DNA of 40,207 nucleotides, taken from Octopus bimaculoides. Lineage: Eukaryota. The translations under genes and the position numbers were made by a program. Within the stretch, counting starts at the first letter, position 1, and each line of letters begins with the position of its first letter. Of this stretch, positions 35,561 to 40,207 are shown in pieces. The notes beneath the pieces are model-generated. The model was not told where the DNA came from. It made no database searches and saw only the letters and a program-made list of their open reading frames with translations. The stretch spans positions 13,288,292-13,328,498 of the forward strand of contig NC_069001.1 of the NCBI RefSeq assembly GCF_001194135.2, given 5' to 3'.

Positions 35561-37369
35561 TGATGATAATAACAATGATAATAACAATCTGAGACAGAAA
35601 TGAAATGAGATGGAAGAATAATGAATTAGAGAAGAAAAATGAAATGTAATTTAAAGGAAAACATAATTAAAATTTGTTTATTTGCATATTTTATTTTATT
35701 TTTTATATTCTATGTATGTAAAGTATGCTTTTTTTTATATATTTGGCATTTCTTTTTCCCTGGTATTATGTTGCTTGTTTTCCAAATAACGCAATTAGTA
35801 GTGGTGGCCATATAGAAAAGAATGAGATGACATGTCATATCTATAAAAGTTAAAATATATTCTATGTTTAAATTCTTATTTTCTTCTGCTTCCTGTGTGT
35901 TTTTTTGTATTTGTCTTGTTTTTCTGCTTCATTGTTAGGAGCACAGGCATGGCTGTGTTGTTAAGAAGCTTGCCTTGCAACCATGTGGTTTTGGGTTCAG
36001 TCCCACTGTGTGGAACCTCGGGCAAGTGTCTTTTACTATATATTTCTTTATTGCCCACAGGGGGCTAAAACATAGAGGGGACAAATAAGGACACACAAAG
36101 GGATTATTAAGTCGATTACATCGACCCCAGTGCATAATTGGTACTTATTTAATTGACCCCGAAAGGATGAAAGGCAAAGTTGACCTCAGCTGAATTTGAA
36201 CTCAGAACATAATGGTAGACGAAATACCGCTAAGCATTTCGCCTGGCATGCTAATGATTCTGCCAGTTCACTGCTCTTTACAATAGCTTGAGGCTATTCA
36301 CTCTTTTCAGTGAATTTGGTTGATGGAAACTGTCAGGAAGTCTGTTGTGCTTGTGTGCATATATATATACGTGTGTGTTTGTGTCTTCCCACCACTACTT
36401 GACAAGTGATGTTGTTTAGTTTACGACCCTGTAACTTAGCAGTTCAGCAAAAGAGATCAATACTGGGTTTAAGAAAATAAGTACTGGGGGGTGAATTTCT
36501 TCAACTAAAACCCTTCAAGGCAGTGCTCCAGCATGGCCAAAGTCTAATAAGTGAAACAAGTAAACGACAAAAGGTAATTAAATAAAGTTTGTTTGTGGTC
36601 ATCTCATTATATTTTATATTTTGTAAACGATCTTTTGGTGGAATTTCAAAATGGCTTCTGCTAATGGAAGAGGGGGGAGAAAGAAGGGAGAGGAACTAGT
36701 CATTCATCATGGTGGTGGTTGTACTAATGTAAACAGATATCTCTTCAAACTTTTAATTAAACATACAAAAAATTCAGACAGATATATGCATTGTAGTACA
36801 ACAAACAACAACAACAACGACAACAATAGGAACGATATAACCAAACAGAAAATTTACACACTAATTTATACAGAGTAGAGAAAAGTTCAAGTGGAAACAT
36901 TGTTGAAAATATTAATAGCATTGGCAGCAGTTTTAGTACCATTGCAGTAGCTTTTATACAATTGCTAGCTAAAAAGAACTATTTAGTTTAAGTCAAATTC
37001 TGGAAAAGGAAAAGACATGGGAGATGTGTGTTACAAAAACAGTACCTCCTTGCTTTTGGGATACAGTGAGGAATTGTCTTCTTATGCCCACAAAAGAATA
37101 GTTGATAGAAGCTCTGCTGATATATGGAATGATGTCATTTCTAATAAATGAGGTAGGGTGCATGAAAGCATGTCCCAGTTTTGAAGACAAAGGATAAGGG
37201 AAAGCAACTGAATGAGTTGGTGCATTATATACCTGCATTCAATTTTGTGCCTTGGTAAGTGAACTGGCAGAAAACAAAGGTCACAACTATGGACTCTTAT
37301 AATAATGATATTGGGCCTATGAGTCATAGTTACCTTTGTAGCATAGATTGGACAGGTTGTGAGTGTAAT

Positions 37370-37760
37370 GAAACAAGTTTGAGTGTCATGCTTCAAATAG
37401 GCTTAACTATGGAATGAAATCAGAGACATAATAAAACAAGTTTGAGAGTTATGCTTCGAAACAAAGTCGATCATAGAATGAAATCAAGATACAATCAAAA
37501 TGTTTCACACAACGAAAGGAGTTTGAGTGTTATGCTTTAAAGAAACCTAACTATGGAATATAATGGAAGTCATAATCAAAATATTTCACAGAATGAAACA
37601 AAGATTGAGAGTTGTGCTTTAAACAAACTCAACCATGGAACAAAATCAGAGTGACACTCAAAATGTTCCACATAAGGAAATTTATGAGCTACACTTTAAA
37701 TAAACTCAAGTATCGGGATGAAATCACACACAAAATTGAAATTTTTTAAATGAAATACAT
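37370..37760. repeat. Degenerate approximately 80-bp tandem array (about 5 units)
   Basis: The motif gaaacaagtttgagtgttatgctttaaa...aactatggaatgaaatca recurs at spacings of 63, 81, 82 and about 79 bp. Confidence 0.75.
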
Positions 37761-37928
37761 TTATGAAAATTTATAAAATTTATGCATAGCAAAAATGGAA
37801 TTTATAAAATATTTATAAAACGATTAAATGTAGAAGATGTGTACTAGTTATTCAAAAATGCATGAAGACACTTAACTTCATTTAAACATTTTTTTATTTA
37901 TTTAGTGTCAAAATTTTCTCTGCTCCAG

Positions 37929-37973
37929 CTGCAACCCAGTTACCGACACAGTTCTACCATAACAGAGTTGTCT
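37929..37973 (+). CDS. Candidate 45-nt phase 0-0 exon, LQPSYRHSSTITELS
   Basis: Acceptor aaaattttctctgctccag| and donor |gtgaga (alternative donor after 37992). Phase-compatible with 39315-39355. Confidence 0.25.
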
Positions 37974-38272
37974 GTGAGAAGTTTGCTTTTAAGTGAGGCT
38001 AACAGTGATTGTGTATTTTTCAATGGTTAATATGTGTTTCTCATAAGACAGCAAACTAGCAGAATCACTAGCATGCAGGGCAACATGCTCAGCAGCACTT
38101 CATCTGTCTTTACATTCTGAGTTCAAATTTCACTGAAATCAACTTTGCTCTTTTATTCTTTTAGGGTTGATAAAATAAGTACCAGTTGAACACTGGGGTT
38201 GGTGTAATTGACTAGTTCCCTCACTCATAATTTCAGACCTTGTGTCTATAGCAGAAAGGACTATCATCATCA

Positions 38273-38312
<40 letters not shown>

Positions 38313-38562
38313 TGTGGTGAGCTGGCAGAATCGTTAGTGTGCTGGCAGAATCGTTAGTGTGCTGGCAGAATCGTTAGTGTGCTGGCTGAAATACTTAGCA
38401 TTAGTTTGCCCGTTGGTACATTCTGAGTTCAAATTCCGCTGAGGTTGACTTTGCCTTTCATCCTTTCAGGCCGATAAAACAAGTAACAGTTGAAAACTGG
38501 GGTCAATGTAATTGACTCATCCCCTCTCCCAAAATTGTTGCCCTTGTGGAAAAATCTGAAAC

Positions 38563-38595
<33 letters not shown>

Positions 38596-39314
38596 TTGAG
38601 AAGACCTGTTAAGCTAAGTGAAATTGCAGCTTCAGTCAGTGCCAGTGACATGCAAAAGACACCTGAACCAGTGACAAATTAAAATCACCTGTGCTGGTGA
38701 CATGTTAAAGGCACCTGTGCTGGTGACATGTAAAAGGCCCCCTGTACACTCCATAGAGTGGTTGGCATTAGGAAGGGGATCCAGCTGTAGAAACCAAGCC
38801 AAAACAGACTGGGGCCTGGTGCAATTCTCTGGTTTACCAGTTCCAGTCAAACTGTCTAACCCATACCAGCGTGGAAATCAGATGTTAACTGAGATGATGA
38901 TATTTTCGTTGCCAGTGCCCCTGGACTGGCCCTTGTGCAGGTGGTACGTAAAATACACCATTTTGAGCGTGGCCATTGCCAGTACCCGCCTGACTAGCCC
39001 TCGTGCTGGTGGCACGTAAAATCACCCACTACACTCTCGGAGTGGTTGGCGTTAGGAAGGGCATCCAGCTGTAGAAACTCTGCCAAATCAGATTGGAGCC
39101 TGGTGTCGCCTCCTGGTTCACCAGTCCTCAGTCAAGCAACCGTCCAACCCATGCTAGCATGGAAAGCGGACGTTAAATGACGACGATGATGATGATGATG
39201 ACAATTATTATCATCATCATCATCATCATCATCATCTAACCAATAAACTAATCAATTGTTTCATTCATTTGGTTAATCAATCAATAAGCAATGTTTACCA
39301 AAGTTCTTTTGCAG

Positions 39315-39355
39315 CCATTCACAATCTCTTCAGTGCCATGCCCTTTCTACTCCAG
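39315..39355 (+). CDS. Candidate 41-nt exon, PFTISSVPCPFYS(R), phase 0-2
   Basis: Acceptor aagttcttttgcag| and donor CAG|GTCAGC. Joins 39777 in frame. Confidence 0.3.
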
Positions 39356-39776
39356 GTCAGCTTCAGGTCTGACTTGGGACGAATCAATTGATAAATAACA
39401 GTAACGAAGTGAAATTGCACCTGACCATGTGTGTTTATAATTAGCATAATGACCCTCCCAAGATGCAACATTATTATATAACTACAACAAAAATTCAAAG
39501 AAGAATCTTGTAGATTTGCCAGTTCATTTGCCTTGGAAAAGATGGCACTACAGACGAAAGCCAATCGCACACAATTCTTACAAACAAACAAACGACGGAA
39601 GTATTCCTATTGTTGAGAATTAAGTGCAAACCCATGGTGAAGATAATCATGGTAAACATTACATAAAATGACCGCTCACAATTTAATGGTCTCTCTTTTT
39701 TTTTTTTTTTTCGCTTCACTTTTTTCTTTCAGGAAATAGTTTTTTTTTTTTAATGTCTTTTCTATGTCTCTGTCAG

Positions 39777-39894
39777 AATATATTTATTGAACAAAGAATG
39801 TTTCAGGTTGAACGAATGGATGTTACAACAGGCTGATGAATGGACCAGTCTACCGGAATGGATAATGGATGAGCGACTTGTTGATAAGAAATAA
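39777..39894 (+). CDS. Candidate terminal coding exon, (R)IYLLNKECFRLNEWMLQQADEWTSLPEWIMDERLVDKK*
   Basis: Strong acceptor taatgtcttttctatgtctctgtcag|. 38 open codons of protein-like, Trp-rich composition. Stop TAA at 39892-39894 overlapped by AATAAA (39890-39895). No homology recognised. Confidence 0.38.
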
Positions 39895-39964
39895 ACTACA
39901 TCTTACACGCCTATAATTTCAACACTACCAAGACCAACTTAACGTTCCATACATTCTAAGACTG

Positions 39965-40140
39965 AATATATATATATATATATTATATATATATATATGT
40001 ATATATTATATATATTATATGTATATATGTATATATTATATGTATATATGTATATATTATATGTATATATGTATATATTGTATATATTATATGTATACAT
40101 GTATATATTATATATATCATATATATATATGTATATATCA

Positions 40141-40173
<33 letters not shown>

Positions 40174-40207
40174 CATATATATATATGTATATATCATATA
40201 TATATAT
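39965..40207. repeat. (TA)n-derived degenerate microsatellite
   Basis: Direct read. Confidence 0.97.

Noticed and set aside
1847-35587. Long ORFs in the track rich in YI, HT, CV, LS, poly-I/M or X
   Set aside because: They are translations of microsatellites, low-complexity tracts and N gaps, not proteins.
36874-36991. Open frame VEKSSSGNIVENINSIGSSFSTIAVAFIQLLAKKNYLV* resembling a GPI-signal terminal exon
   Set aside because: The acceptor is short and it ends in basic residues. It cannot be linked by phase to other candidates and would conflict with the downstream chain. It is worth an RNA-seq check only.
32753-37760. CRISPR-like arrays (16-bp and approximately 80-bp repeats)
   Set aside because: They have no unique spacers, there are no cas genes, and the context is eukaryotic. 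They are minisatellites.

Overview
Repeat-saturated, AT-rich eukaryotic genomic DNA, about 12% N gaps, most of them flanked by microsatellites. The SINE/LINE families look like those of octopus (coleoid cephalopod) genomes; this is inferred from recalled repeat sequences, not from a search. Nearly all ORFs in the track are microsatellite or gap artefacts. The window contains: (1) many SINE and LINE-tail copies; (2) decayed fragments of at least six retroelement types (RLE-type, Penelope-like, two RTE-like, CR1/L2-like, L1/Tx1-like) and three DNA elements (an hAT MITE, a DD37D mariner, a piggyBac-like MITE); (3) four minimal hammerhead-ribozyme-like motifs, two of them associated with long inverted repeats; (4) a 187-bp C2H2-finger insert flanked by a 121-bp direct duplication; (5) an RFX X-box/E-box/GATA cluster; (6) a phase-compatible chain of three small + strand exon candidates (37929-39894) that may be the 3' end of an unidentified gene. 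No gene could be named. I found no CRISPR array, rRNA or true tRNA. All translations and alignments were done by hand.
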